Shown here: positions 42,567 through 53,195 of the stretch, one piece after another | Layout of the letters: each line of letters starts with the position of its first letter | Position numbering within the stretch: the stretch's first letter is position 1 | Assembly: GCA_963706025.1 (NCBI GenBank) | Contig: CAVPLM010000003.1 | Location: forward strand, 448,001 to 512,000 | Origin: an uncultured Actinomycetes bacterium | GTDB taxonomy: Bacteria; Actinomycetota; Thermoleophilia; RBG-16-64-13 | Direction of reading: 5' to 3' | DNA length: 64,000 nucleotides | Notes under the pieces: model-generated | Seen by the model: only the letters and a program-made list of their open reading frames with translations | Database searches by the model: none | Told to the model about the DNA's origin: nothing | Translations under genes and position numbers: made by a program

Positions 42567-42685
42567 TCCCTGAGTTCGTACGGGGAAAGCAAGTATAACG
42601 TCCGTATTGCGAGAAACGTGATATCTATTGACCGGTCCACAATCTACAATGATGCCCGACTCTTTCGCCACCCGGAGGCCGACTC

Positions 42686-43417
42686 GTGACCGAAAAGCTG
42701 ATCGAACAAATAACGGACCACGTCTACCGGATAGACGCTCAGGGCATGAACGTCTTCCTAATCGCGACGCCGGAGGGTCTGACCTTGATCGATACCGGCT
42801 TCCCCGGGACCATGGCTCTGATCGACCAGGCGGTCCGCTCACTGGGCCGGAGCCCGGAGGAGATCGGCGACGTTCTGGTCACCCACTGTCATCCCGACCA
42901 CGCGGGTGGACTGGCTGAGGTGAAGGAGGCGACTGGCGCGGTAGCCTGGATGCACCCGGCGGACGCAGAAATGGTGCGGATGGGAACAGCCTTCCGGCCG
43001 TATGAGCCGGCCCCGGGGCCGGAGAATCTCCTGTTCATAACCGAGGTCATCGAGAAGTCGCCCACCTCAAGTCCGCCGGCTGCCGTGGACAAAGAGGTCC
43101 TCTCGGGCGAGACCATTCCGGTGGCCGGTGGCATCAGGGCTATAGGAACGCCGGGGCACACCAAGGGACACCTGACCTTCCTCTGGCCGGAGGACGGGGG
43201 CGTGCTTTTCGTCGGCGACGCGGCCGATCACAAGCGGGGTCTGGAACTCTCCCCCATCTACGAGGACATGGCTCAGGGTCTGGAAGACCTGCGCATGCTG
43301 GGGGAGCAAGAATTCGAGACGGCCTGCTTTGCCCATGGAATGCCGATCATCGGCGGCGCAGCCCGGGAGTTCCGGCTGAAGTGGGGGAAGGACTCGAATC
43401 TCGGCAAGAAAGGATGA
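42686..43417 (+). CDS. Metallo-beta-lactamase-fold hydrolase
   Basis: LIDTG, THCHPDHAGG, TPGHTKGH, FAHG. Confidence 0.9.
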   Translation: MTEKLIEQITDHVYRIDAQGMNVFLIATPEGLTLIDTGFPGTMALIDQAVRSLGRSPEEIGDVLVTHCHPDHAGGLAEVKEATGAVAWMHPADAEMVRMGTAFRPYEPAPGPENLLFITEVIEKSPTSSPPAAVDKEVLSGETIPVAGGIRAIGTPGHTKGHLTFLWPEDGGVLFVGDAADHKRGLELSPIYEDMAQGLEDLRMLGEQEFETACFAHGMPIIGGAAREFRLKWGKDSNLGKKG

Positions 43418-43424
43418 TGTGGGG

Positions 43425-43808
43425 ATGGAATCTCAGCTCGAAGCCAACAAGCAGGCGGTCCTGGAGTTCTACGACCTGATCATCAACAACAAAGACTACG
43501 CTGCCGCTCGTCCCTACATCGGAGGCTACTACCGCCAGCACAATCCCCTAGTGGCCGAGGGCCCCGAGGGGCTGGCCGCTTTCATCGATTGGCTCAAGGC
43601 CGAGTACCCAGAGGCCCACAGCGAGGTCAAGCGGGTCTTCGCCGACGGAGACTATGTCATCCTGCACGTCCACTCCATGCGCCCTCCGCTTCCGCGCGGC
43701 CGCGCGATCATCGAGATCTTCCGGCTCGAGGAGGGCAAGATCGTCGAGCACTGGGATGCCATCCAGGAGATCCCCGCGACCTCGGTCAATCCGAACGGCA
43801 TGTTCTAG
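43425..43808 (+). CDS. SnoaL/NTF2-like protein
   Basis: YRQHNP, ADGDYVILH, IFRLEEGKIVEHWD. Confidence 0.88.
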   Translation: MESQLEANKQAVLEFYDLIINNKDYAAARPYIGGYYRQHNPLVAEGPEGLAAFIDWLKAEYPEAHSEVKRVFADGDYVILHVHSMRPPLPRGRAIIEIFRLEEGKIVEHWDAIQEIPATSVNPNGMF

Positions 43809-43842
43809 ACGGGGCCTGCATCGGCGACCGAGCGGACGGGCG

Positions 43843-44292
43843 TTACTTGGCCAACCTCTCGATGTTCTGGAAGGTAGGGCTTTCGAAGACCTTCTTCATG
43901 CAGGCGCCGCTCTCCTGCATCTTGGCTTTGCCAACCGCGTAGCAGACGCAGAAGGCCACTTCCATGATCTCCTCGTCGGTGGCGCCGGCGGCCTTGGCGT
44001 TGCAGGCTTGGGGCAAGACCCCCTCCCAGTGGCAGGCCATCATGTAGCAGGCCACGAGGATCAGGTACCGGGTCTTGGGGTCGAGGATGCCCCGATCCAG
44101 CAGCTGGGTGAGCTGATTCTGGGCGAACGTGAACAGCATCTCGGGCTTGTTCTCGATCCAGAAGTCCAGAGTCGGGTCATCCGGCGGTTTCCCGTAGCCC
44201 GGCCTCTGCTTCGCCCAGGATGCTAGGACCTCCTCGCCGGTCTTCGCTGCCTTCATTGCCTCGACTACTTCCACTTCTTCCGGTCTGGGCAT
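43843..44292 (-). CDS. Carboxymuconolactone-decarboxylase (CMD/AhpD-like) family protein
   Basis: LDPKTRYLI...AKAAGATDEEIMEV. Confidence 0.75.
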   Translation of the reverse strand: MPRPEEVEVVEAMKAAKTGEEVLASWAKQRPGYGKPPDDPTLDFWIENKPEMLFTFAQNQLTQLLDRGILDPKTRYLILVACYMMACHWEGVLPQACNAKAAGATDEEIMEVAFCVCYAVGKAKMQESGACMKKVFESPTFQNIERLAK

Positions 44293-46397
44293 CTATTCCT
44301 CCTTCTCGTTTTGGGTCGCTTCTTCGTCGGTCTCCTGACGCCCTTGTTCCGCGGCCGAAGGATCCTCCAGGGCCTCTTCGGGCGCTTCCACGGCCTCTTC
44401 CAGATCCGGCCGACCGTCCAGCCGTGCCGCCACCAGCTCCGCCAGATCCATGGCCCGGACGGTGTCACCGCGACCGACGCTGCCGAGGCCGTCCTCCATC
44501 ATGGTCAGACAGTAGGGGCAGTTGACTCCGATGATCTCGGGCTCCCTCTCGAGGAGCTGGCCCACCCGCACCTCGTTGACACGCTGGTCGGCCTGCTCCT
44601 CCATCCACATGCGGCCCCCGCCCGCCCCGCAACAGAAGCTCTTAGCCTTGTTGCGCCGCGCCTCGAGCACCGTGACGCCCGGCAAGGCCCGCAGCACCTG
44701 CCTCGGGGCCTCGTATTCCTCCTGATACCGTCCCAGGTAGCAGGAATCGTGATACACGACCCGTGACGGCTTCCGGTCGTCGGTCGGCGTCAGCCTGCCC
44801 TGAGCCAACAGCTCGGCCAGCAGCTCCGTGTGATGGATCACCTCGTAGTGGCCCCCGAAGGCCGGATACTCGTTCTTGAGGGTGTTGAGACAGTGGGGGC
44901 ACAGCGTCACGATCTTGGTGACACCGAGCGAATTCAGGGTCTCGACGTTCTCCTGAGCCAGTGTCTGGAACAAGTACTCGTTTCCTATCCGGCGCATGGG
45001 GTCGCCGCAGCACTTCTCCTTGGTGCCTAGTATCGAGAAGCTGACTCCCGCCCTCTCCATGATCTTTGCCATCGCCTGACTGACTTTGACGTAGCGATCG
45101 TCGAAAGCGCCGGCGCAGCCGACCCAGAACAGGTATTCGCCTGGGCCACCCTCGTCGGCGAGAGCTATGCCGCTGTCTTTGGCCCAGTCTCCGCGGGTGT
45201 GTGCGCCCACGCCCCAGGGGTTGAAGTTCTTCTCCACGTTGCGGCAGGCAAGCTGAGCCTCCTGCGGAAACTCGCCCAGGTCAAGGACCAGGTTCCTGCG
45301 CATGTCGATGATCTTGTTGACGTGCTCGTTCTGTACGGGACACTGCTCTTGGCACGAATAGCAGGTCGTACACGCCCAGATCTCATCTTCCGAGATCACG
45401 TCGCCGATCATGCTCTGGGCAGGCGCCTCCTCGGCGTCCGCTTTGGCGCCTCGGGTCAGGGCCTCGCCTCTTTCGAGTAGGTGGTCTTTGAGCTTGGTCA
45501 TCAGCAACTTGGGCGATAGCTCTTTGCCGCTCTGATAAGCCGGGCAATGGTCTTGGCAGCGGCCGCATTCGGCGCACGCATACAGGTCCAGGAGCTGCTT
45601 TCTGGTGAAGCCCTCCACGCGACTCACGCCGAACTCCTCGACCTCCTCGTTCTCAAGATCCAAGGGATAGATCTGGCCCCCCCGAGGCCTCAGGTCGGCG
45701 AGGAACTCGTTCACCGGGCACATGATGAGGTGCAGGTGCTTGGACATAGGGATGTAGACGAGGAACGCAAGGAGCAGGACGATGTGCAGCCACCAGAAGA
45801 TGTCCATGCCCAGCTGCATCGCGCTCTCGCTCCACCCGCTCGCGGTCACCATCCAGGCTACCGCTCTGGTCATGAAGGCGAGCGAATGGCTTTGGGTCGG
45901 CTCCATCGCGTAGGAAAGGCTGCTGTAGAGGAGGGCCGAGAGGACGATGACGAAGATCAGAGACAGGATGACTGCCGCCTCCAGACTCGGATCCAGCCGT
46001 TTCGGGCGCACGACATACCGGATGTAGGCGGCCACGATCACCGCCACCAGCACCAACACGGTGAATATGTCCACCAGCAGGTAGAAGTAGGGATTGTCGC
46101 CCAGAAGAGGCAGGGAGAACCCGTCCTGCAGACCTTCGCCGATTATCTGCAGCGCGCCTAGTCCGATGACGATGAAGCCCCAGAAGATGAAAAAGTGGAT
46201 GGGCCCCACTCTCTCTTTGAAGAGCTTCTTCTGCCCCAGCACCATGACCACGAAGTTCCAGGTCCGCTTCCAGGATGATCCAGCCTTGACTCGGGTCGGC
46301 CGAGCATGAGGTATCGGATCCGCACCGCCAGGAAGTAGGCGAAGAGCGCAAGTGCGACGACGAGCACCGCTACGAAGACTGCGGAGGTGTAGGTCAA
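44293..46397 (-). CDS. Membrane Fe-S oxidoreductase (FadF / ETF:quinone oxidoreductase-like), frameshift near 5' end
   Basis: TM helices with HFFIFWGF and KHLH; CAECGRCQDHCP; CTTCYSCQEQCP; two CCG domains. Confidence 0.88.
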
Positions 46398-46465
46398 CCC
46401 CGTTCTCCTTCAGCCTTACCCGCGCCGATCGCACCCTGCCGGCAAAGCGTCATTCTAAGCGACCT

Positions 46466-47454
46466 CTAGGACGCCGCTTTGCGCCGGTGGATCTCCTCGG
46501 TCAACGCGGGAATCACGCTGAACAGATCCCCCACCACGCCGAAGTCGGCAAAGGAGAAGATGGGCGCGTCCGGATCTTTGTTGATGGCCACGATGTACCG
46601 GGAGGTCTGCATCCCGGCCCGGTGCTGGATAGACCCAGAGATGCCACAGGCGATATAGAGCTCGGGCGAGACCGTCTTGCCGGTCTGTCCCACCTGGTAT
46701 TGGTGGTGTTTCCAGCCGGCGTCCACCACCGCTCGGCTGGCACCGACGGCGGCGCCGAGCTCCTCGGCCAGAGCTTGAATGACGCTGAAGCCGTCGGCGC
46801 TCCCGAGGCCTCGGCCGCCGGAGACAATGATCGAAGCTTCCTCGAGGCTCACCATCCCGACGTTCTCGACGACCACATCGACCACTTTGGTCAGAAGGCC
46901 GTTGGGAGTGAAGTCGACCGAGAGTGGTATGACCTCCGCGTCCCCCGCCGCTTCCTCGCGGGCAAACGCACTCGGGCGCACCGTGGCGATCGCCGGGCCG
47001 GCCGTGGCCTCCTTCTCCACGATCACGCTTCCCCCAAAGCACGGGTGGGTCGCTATGAAGCGCCCGTCTCGGGCCTCCAGACCGGTGACGTCGACCAGCA
47101 GGCCTACGCCCAGGCGGGCGGCGCAACCCGCGGCTAGGTCGCGTCCGTCGGCGAGTTGGCAAAAAGGACCACAGCCGGGTCTGTCGCCTGGATGGCGGCC
47201 ATGGCCGCGTCGGCGAAGGGACCCGATCGGAACACCGCGGTCTCGGGCTCTCGACCACGTAGACGCGGCCGGCGCCGTCGCGGGCAGCCTGGGCTGCCAA
47301 CGGCCCGGCCTCGGTGGCTACGACGACCACGCTCACCGGCCCGCCGACTGCGCCGACCAAGCTCGCGGGCCCGAGTGATGCTCTCCAGGGTCACGTTGGC
47401 AAGCTTCCCCTGCCCTGGGTTCCGCTACAACAAGGATGCCGCTTTTGTACTCAC
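46466..47454 (-). CDS. etfA: Electron transfer flavoprotein alpha (indels in 5' half)
   Basis: [37 protein letters not shown]. Confidence 0.9.
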
Positions 47455-47470
47455 GGCTCTTTCTCCCCTC

Positions 47471-48247
47471 CTAAACGAGCTTCTCGCTCGTCAAGAAATC
47501 GGCTAACCGCTGGGCGCCCGCACCGTCGTCCTCGATCTTGACCCCAGCCTTCCGGGGTTCGGGAACGGTGGCCGACAGCACGCGCGTCTGGGCGCCCGAC
47601 AGGCCATCTGGGCCGTGTCGAGACTGAGGGCTGTCGGGTCTTTGACATCAGGGGCTTCTTCTTGGCGCCCATGATGCCTTTCATCGATGGATAGCGGGGC
47701 TCGTTGATGCCCTTGACCACCGAGACGAACGGCCGGCAGCAGGGCATTCGTAGGCGATGTAACCCTGTTCGGTCTCCCGGTGGACCATGAGGGTGGAGTC
47801 GCCGACCTCCACCTTCGACAAAGACCGAGAGCAGGGGCAGATCCAGTCGCTCGGCCACGGCGGCCGGCACGCAGCCGGTCTCGCCATCCGTGGACCGGCG
47901 CCGAAGACCACCAGGTCGAACTCGAGGCTCTTCAGCGCTTCCGCCAGAGCGTAGGCCGTGCCTTGGGCGTCGGAGCCGGCGAGGGTGGCGTCGCTGACCA
48001 GAGAGCGCTGGTCGGCCCCCATGGCAAGAGCCTTGCGGATCGCCTCGTCGCAGTCTCGGGCCCCATGCAGAGCGACGTGACCTCGCCGCCGTGGGCCTCC
48101 ACCAGACGCAAGGCTTCCTCGACCGCGTATTCGTCGTACGGGTTGAGAATGCTGTTCACGCTACGGTCCAAACGCCAAGTCGCCGGGGTCGAGTCTCTTC
48201 TCGGCCTCCGTGTCGACCACCTGCTTAACGCACACCACGATATTCAC
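47471..48247 (-). CDS. etfB: Electron transfer flavoprotein beta (multiple indels)
   Basis: IVVCVKQV, LNPYDEYAVEEAL, INEPRYPSMKGIMGAKKK. Confidence 0.88.
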
Positions 48248-48496
48248 GAGCCTTCCCTCTTTCGCAAGGCGACACTCGATCGCGCCTGTATCCTGACCGC
48301 GCCGTCGCTGATCCTGCCCCGCTCTCCGGCCGGCCGCTACATGATAGCCGAGTCAGGACCGGGGGAAGAACTTCGACAGAACTTTTCATCGCTGCCGCCT
48401 AGTATTACAAGGCCGTATACATGGGATCGGATCTCTCGCGGGCGGGAAGGACGACCGAGCCAGAGGGCGAGCCAGACGAGCGAGCCTTCTATCTAG

Positions 48497-48528
48497 CGGA
48501 GGGGTCTGACCGACCTCTCAGACCCTCC
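48497..48528. terminator. Stem-loop
   Basis: ggaggggtctga-n8-tcagaccctcc. Confidence 0.5.
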
Positions 48529-48565
48529 CGGCCAAGACTCGACCCCCGGCCCGCGACTCGGCCCG

Positions 48566-49018
48566 TCACTCAGTGGCCGCGTCACCCCTCTCGACCTTGT
48601 CGTACCGGCCGCCCGTGACGGTGGTGAAATGGAAGATGGGCCTGTCGACGCGTGTCAGCACCAGCGGGCAGTGCTTCATCCCCGCCGGGACGAAGATCAT
48701 GGCGGTGCGGTCGATGACGTGCTTGTCGTCTTCCAGCCAGATCTCGACTTCGCCTCCGAGGTCGTACGGGTCCGTCGGATCGCTGCCGAAGAAGCCGATG
48801 ATCTCATCGGTGTCGTGGACGTGAGGTTTGTCTTCGATGGTCTTCGCGGTCGGCCTGAGGAACCAGGAGGTGTTCATGTGGAACGCCCCCTCGACGACCT
48901 CATCGTCCAGCCACAGGATGCGGAAGGCGTACTTGGAGTACTCGTCGGCGATCCGACGCTTGGCCTCCGGCATCTTGAGCTCGGTCACGATGTATTTGGA
49001 AGTCTCAGGCGGAGCCAT
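48566..49018 (-). CDS. Cupin-like hypothetical protein
   Basis: PHVHDTDE..GEVE..FVPAGMKHCP. Confidence 0.7.
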   Translation of the reverse strand: MAPPETSKYIVTELKMPEAKRRIADEYSKYAFRILWLDDEVVEGAFHMNTSWFLRPTAKTIEDKPHVHDTDEIIGFFGSDPTDPYDLGGEVEIWLEDDKHVIDRTAMIFVPAGMKHCPLVLTRVDRPIFHFTTVTGGRYDKVERGDAATE

Positions 49019-49107
49019 GGCGGGATCAGGCTACCACGACCGCATGTCGATGGGAATCATCCGGGTCGAGACAGGCCGATCGCTGCCGCCCGCGACCCCA
49101 TGCGGCC

Positions 49108-50019
49108 TTACGTCTCGCGCGGGCGCCGCCGAGCGCCGCCGCGCTCTGAGACACCCGCGCGGATGTGCACCATGAGGGCCCGCGCAGCCGCGGGCAGGGG
49201 ACGGTCCCGGGGGTAGATGAGAACGAGATCCCGGGCCATCGTTTCTTGGAAGGGGATGGCGACCAGCCCCTCGAGGGTCTCCGGCCCGAGGAGCATCTTG
49301 GGCATCGGCGCTACACCCAGGCCCCTTCTGACCAGGGCCTTGGTCAGCTCCGGGTAAGTGGCTCGGTAGGAGATTCTGGGTTCGAAGCCCGCCCGACGAA
49401 AAGCATCGGCGGCTATGTTGCTGGCGTTCATGGTGCTCGGGGGGAGCAGGATGGACTCCCTGGCGAGCGCGCTCAAAGATGCAGACGGGTGATTCGCAAG
49501 CCGGTGGCCCCGAGGGACCACCAGCAGGATCTCTTCCGTCAGCAGATGGTGGGTCGCGGTCCGAGCCGACCCCCACGGCGTCATCACGGCGCAGTCGAGT
49601 TCCCCACTGATGACCGCGTCCTCACAGGCGGAATCGTTCTTCTCGACGAGATCGACACTAACATTCGGATAGGCGGCGGAGAACGAGGCCAGGGCCGGCG
49701 TCAGCAGGTGGGCGAAGACACTGCCGGTGGCGCCGAATCGCAGCGTGGTCGGCCCGGCCCCGGCCTGCTCGCGGATGAGACTCACCGCATCGTTGGCACG
49801 GGTGATGATGGCCTGGGCAAGTGGCAGCAGCAGCTCTCCACTCGGAGTGCACTCCACATGTCGTCCGTAGCGCTCGAAGAGTCTGGCCCCAAGCTCATTC
49901 TCCAGGCGGGCGATCTGACGGCTGAGAGTGGGCTGAGTGGAATGCATGGCCCGCGCGGCCCGGCTGAAGCTCCGTGCCTCCGCCACGGCCACGAAGGATT
50001 TGAAGAGATCCAATTCCAT
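49108..50019 (-). CDS. LysR-family regulator
   Basis: SFSRAARAMHSTQPTLSRQIARLE.ELG..LFER. Confidence 0.93.
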   Translation of the reverse strand: MELDLFKSFVAVAEARSFSRAARAMHSTQPTLSRQIARLENELGARLFERYGRHVECTPSGELLLPLAQAIITRANDAVSLIREQAGAGPTTLRFGATGSVFAHLLTPALASFSAAYPNVSVDLVEKNDSACEDAVISGELDCAVMTPWGSARTATHHLLTEEILLVVPRGHRLANHPSASLSALARESILLPPSTMNASNIAADAFRRAGFEPRISYRATYPELTKALVRRGLGVAPMPKMLLGPETLEGLVAIPFQETMARDLVLIYPRDRPLPAAARALMVHIRAGVSERGGARRRPRET

Positions 50020-50218
50020 CTATACGGAATTGTAATACTTCGGGGCAACCATGAGAAGTAGCGTGGAAGTGATGGACAGGGCACGGTCTGTCTATTAGGG
50101 GCCGTAATGACCCTGGTAATATGCCTTATCATTCTGAGGGCGACGTCGTCTTCGATGCCCGCGTGCGCCGGGCTTGGACGCCAGGCCAGAGCATATTCCG
50201 AATGGGGGGTCGTTGAGT

Positions 50219-50728
50219 ATGTTGGAAGTGGAAGAGACAACAGCAGTCTCCCGAGCCACTGTGGACCTCGTGGTGAACGGAGAATCCCACACCATACCCG
50301 TGCAACCCCAGTGGACGCTCCAGTACGTGCTCGCGGAGAGACTGGGGCTGACGGGGACCAAAGAATTCTGCGGGGAAGGGGCCTGCGGCGCCTGCACCGT
50401 GATCATGGACGGCAGGCCGGTCCTTTCCTGCATGATGCTGGCCATCGAGTGCGCGGGCAAGAGCATAGAGACCATCGAAGGCATCACCAAAGCCGACCAT
50501 CCGCTCATCGAAGCCTACGTGAAGCACAGCTGCATGCAGTGCGGTTTCTGCACTCCCGGCTTCGTCGTGACCGCCAAAGCCCTGCTGGACCGGAATCCAG
50601 ACCCGACGGTAGAGGAGATCAAGGAGGCCATGGTGGGCAATCTGTGCCGGTGCGGGACCTATCCTCAGCACATCAAGGCCATCCTGGAAGCCGCCGCGGT
50701 CCTGCGGGGAGGTGATGGCCATGACTGA
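50219..50728 (+). CDS. [2Fe-2S] subunit of Mo-hydroxylase 2
   Basis: GTKEFCGEGACGACTV, QCGFCTPG, NLCRCGTY. Confidence 0.93.
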   Translation: MLEVEETTAVSRATVDLVVNGESHTIPVQPQWTLQYVLAERLGLTGTKEFCGEGACGACTVIMDGRPVLSCMMLAIECAGKSIETIEGITKADHPLIEAYVKHSCMQCGFCTPGFVVTAKALLDRNPDPTVEEIKEAMVGNLCRCGTYPQHIKAILEAAAVLRGGDGHD

Positions 50729-53180
50729 TAGCGAGAAGCAACGGATGCTGGAATCCTTCGATAACAAACGGGCTGACAAGTACCCCCTGAAGGAGTATGA
50801 GAGCATCGGCAAACGCGGGGTGCGGCGCACCGATGGTTACGAGAAGGCCACCGGAGCCGCCAAATACACGCTCGACGTGAAGTTGCCGGGCATGCTCTAC
50901 GGAAGGTTCCTCACCTCTCCCTATCCCCATGCGCAGATCGTCAGCATGGATACCTCCGAGGCGGAGAAGCTGCCGGGGGTGAGAGCGGTACTCAGGTACG
51001 ACGACCCGGAGCTGCCCGAAGGCGCGAGTCTGGGCGGGCACGAGCTGAACAGCGTGCCGCCGATCCCCCGCGTCGCCCATTTTCAAGGTGAAGAGGTAGG
51101 CGCTTTCGTGTGCGCCGACAGCGAGGAGATCGCCGAGCAGGCTCTGGGATCGATACGGGTGGAGTGGGAGCAACGCCCCTTCATCCTTGACGTGGAGAAA
51201 GCCCTGGAGCCGGGTGCTCCTCTCAGCAATCCGGAAGACAACCCCGATGGCAATCTGGACAGCAGGGGCGTGTACATCGAGGGGCACGGAGACGTCCAGA
51301 AGGGCTTCGCCGCCGCGGACAAGATCATCGAGTTCAAGTTCACCCAGGGACTGAATACCTGGGTGGGCCCCGAGCGCCCCTGCGGGGTGTGGAGATGGAA
51401 CGGCGAGTACGCCGAGGTCTGGGTCAAGCAGCAGCGGCCTCACATCTGCAAGCGGGCCATATCCACCTGGTTTGGCGGGCTGCCCATGAACAAGATCGAC
51501 ATCCATTGCCTCTACCAGGGCGCCAGCTTCGGCGGCTGGAGCCAGATGGGCTGGAACCTCGGTGGCACCTACTGCGCGGCCGTCGTGGCTAAGCGCACCG
51601 GGAGGCCGGTCAAATGGCTCTTCAACAGGAGAGAGGACTTCTACGGCGGCGAAATGGATGCCGGAGTGTTCTATCTCAAAGTGGGAGCCAAGCTGGATGG
51701 GACCATCACTGCGGTGGAGGAGAGAGGAGTGGTGGTCAACCAGGCCATGCCGGTGTTCGGCATCGCCAAGCACTTCCTCGAGAACACCAGGGTCCCCCAC
51801 GTGTATGGCAGAACGGAAGCGGTCTGGGTGAACAAAGGCCCCAATGTACCCACCCGCTGCGAGCAGAACCTCAACTGCTACAGCCTCAACCTGGTCACGA
51901 ATCAGGTGGCGGACGCCCTAGGGCTGGACCCGACCGAAGTCGCCCTCAAGAACGACGGCGCCGAAGGGCACGACAGCGATTGGTTGAACGAGCGCAAGGC
52001 CGAGCTGGGCTTTGCGGTGAGAGACAGCCTGAGGGAGTGCATCGAAAAGGGGAAAGCCGCCATCGACTGGGACAACAAACGCCACGCCCCGGGTGCGAAG
52101 AGGCTGCCCAACGGGAGGATGCATGGTCTCGGCTTCACCTGGACCCATGAATGGGACGACTCGGCCGGCACCAGCGAAGTGGCGATCTACGTCGAGCGCA
52201 ACGACGGTACGGCCACCATCCTGGGCTGCCGGGCCGACGGCGGGCAGAACGCCGAGACCGCCTATTGCCAGATCGCGGCGGACGAGCTGGGCTTCCGGGT
52301 GGAAGACGTCCGCTTCAAGCACCAGGACGATGCCGGCTTCTTCACCATGACCCCGGATACCTCCACCAACCTGACCGTCAACGGATGGGCCGTGCGGCAC
52401 GCCGCCCGGATGCTGAAGGAGAAACTGCTGGAGACGGCTGTGAGCCCCCGGGGAGTTACGCAACTGAGCAGCTTCCCGCCGGCCTTCCCCGAGAAGCGGG
52501 CGGAAGAGCTGGACATCAAGGACGGCGTGATCTTCGAGAAGGCCGACCCGTCAAACAGGATGACGGTGGCGGACTTCGTCGGACCTTCCGGGGCGCAGGG
52601 ACCGCTCATGTCGCCCGTCGGTGAACCCATCCTGGCCGGGAAAGAAGGCTTGGCCTATCCCATGCGGCTGACACCGCCGATGTTCGAGCACGCTTGGCAG
52701 GTCCAGCGCGGGACCTACCTGGGAGCGCGCGTCCGCTTCTGTCGTCAGGCCCACTTCATGGAAGTGGAGGTCGACCCGGAGACCGGCGAGGTGGAGATAA
52801 CACGAGTGGTCACGGTCAACGACGTCGGCAAGGTGATCAACTGGGACGGATGCGAAGGGCAGGCTTATGGAGGGGCCTACATGGGTGTCGGTCGAGGCCG
52901 GACCGAAGAGGTCGTGTATGACGCCAGGACCGGCATCATGCTCAATGGGAACCTCCTGAACTACAAGATCCCCACTTTGATGGATATCGGCGAGATCGAC
53001 ACCATCCTCGTGGAAACGGGGATGGGCTACGGTCCCTATGGCACCGTCGGTATCGGAGAGGACGTGGCTACCGTGCTGCCGGCGCTGATAGGGCCGGCGG
53101 TCCACAATGCCATCGGCGCGTGGCTGGAAGGCTTTCCGGCGACACCCGACAGGGTGCTCAAAGCGTTGGGCAAGGCTTAG
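50721..53180 (+). CDS. Xanthine-dehydrogenase-family molybdopterin subunit, divergent active-site motifs
   Basis: DGYEKATG.AKY..D..LPGML, GASFGG, EVEVDPETG, NYKIPT, GIGE. Confidence 0.9.
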   Translation: MTDSEKQRMLESFDNKRADKYPLKEYESIGKRGVRRTDGYEKATGAAKYTLDVKLPGMLYGRFLTSPYPHAQIVSMDTSEAEKLPGVRAVLRYDDPELPEGASLGGHELNSVPPIPRVAHFQGEEVGAFVCADSEEIAEQALGSIRVEWEQRPFILDVEKALEPGAPLSNPEDNPDGNLDSRGVYIEGHGDVQKGFAAADKIIEFKFTQGLNTWVGPERPCGVWRWNGEYAEVWVKQQRPHICKRAISTWFGGLPMNKIDIHCLYQGASFGGWSQMGWNLGGTYCAAVVAKRTGRPVKWLFNRREDFYGGEMDAGVFYLKVGAKLDGTITAVEERGVVVNQAMPVFGIAKHFLENTRVPHVYGRTEAVWVNKGPNVPTRCEQNLNCYSLNLVTNQVADALGLDPTEVALKNDGAEGHDSDWLNERKAELGFAVRDSLRECIEKGKAAIDWDNKRHAPGAKRLPNGRMHGLGFTWTHEWDDSAGTSEVAIYVERNDGTATILGCRADGGQNAETAYCQIAADELGFRVEDVRFKHQDDAGFFTMTPDTSTNLTVNGWAVRHAARMLKEKLLETAVSPRGVTQLSSFPPAFPEKRAEELDIKDGVIFEKADPSNRMTVADFVGPSGAQGPLMSPVGEPILAGKEGLAYPMRLTPPMFEHAWQVQRGTYLGARVRFCRQAHFMEVEVDPETGEVEITRVVTVNDVGKVINWDGCEGQAYGGAYMGVGRGRTEEVVYDARTGIMLNGNLLNYKIPTLMDIGEIDTILVETGMGYGPYGTVGIGEDVATVLPALIGPAVHNAIGAWLEGFPATPDRVLKALGKA

Positions 53181-53195
53181 CCAAGGAGTGCGCAG

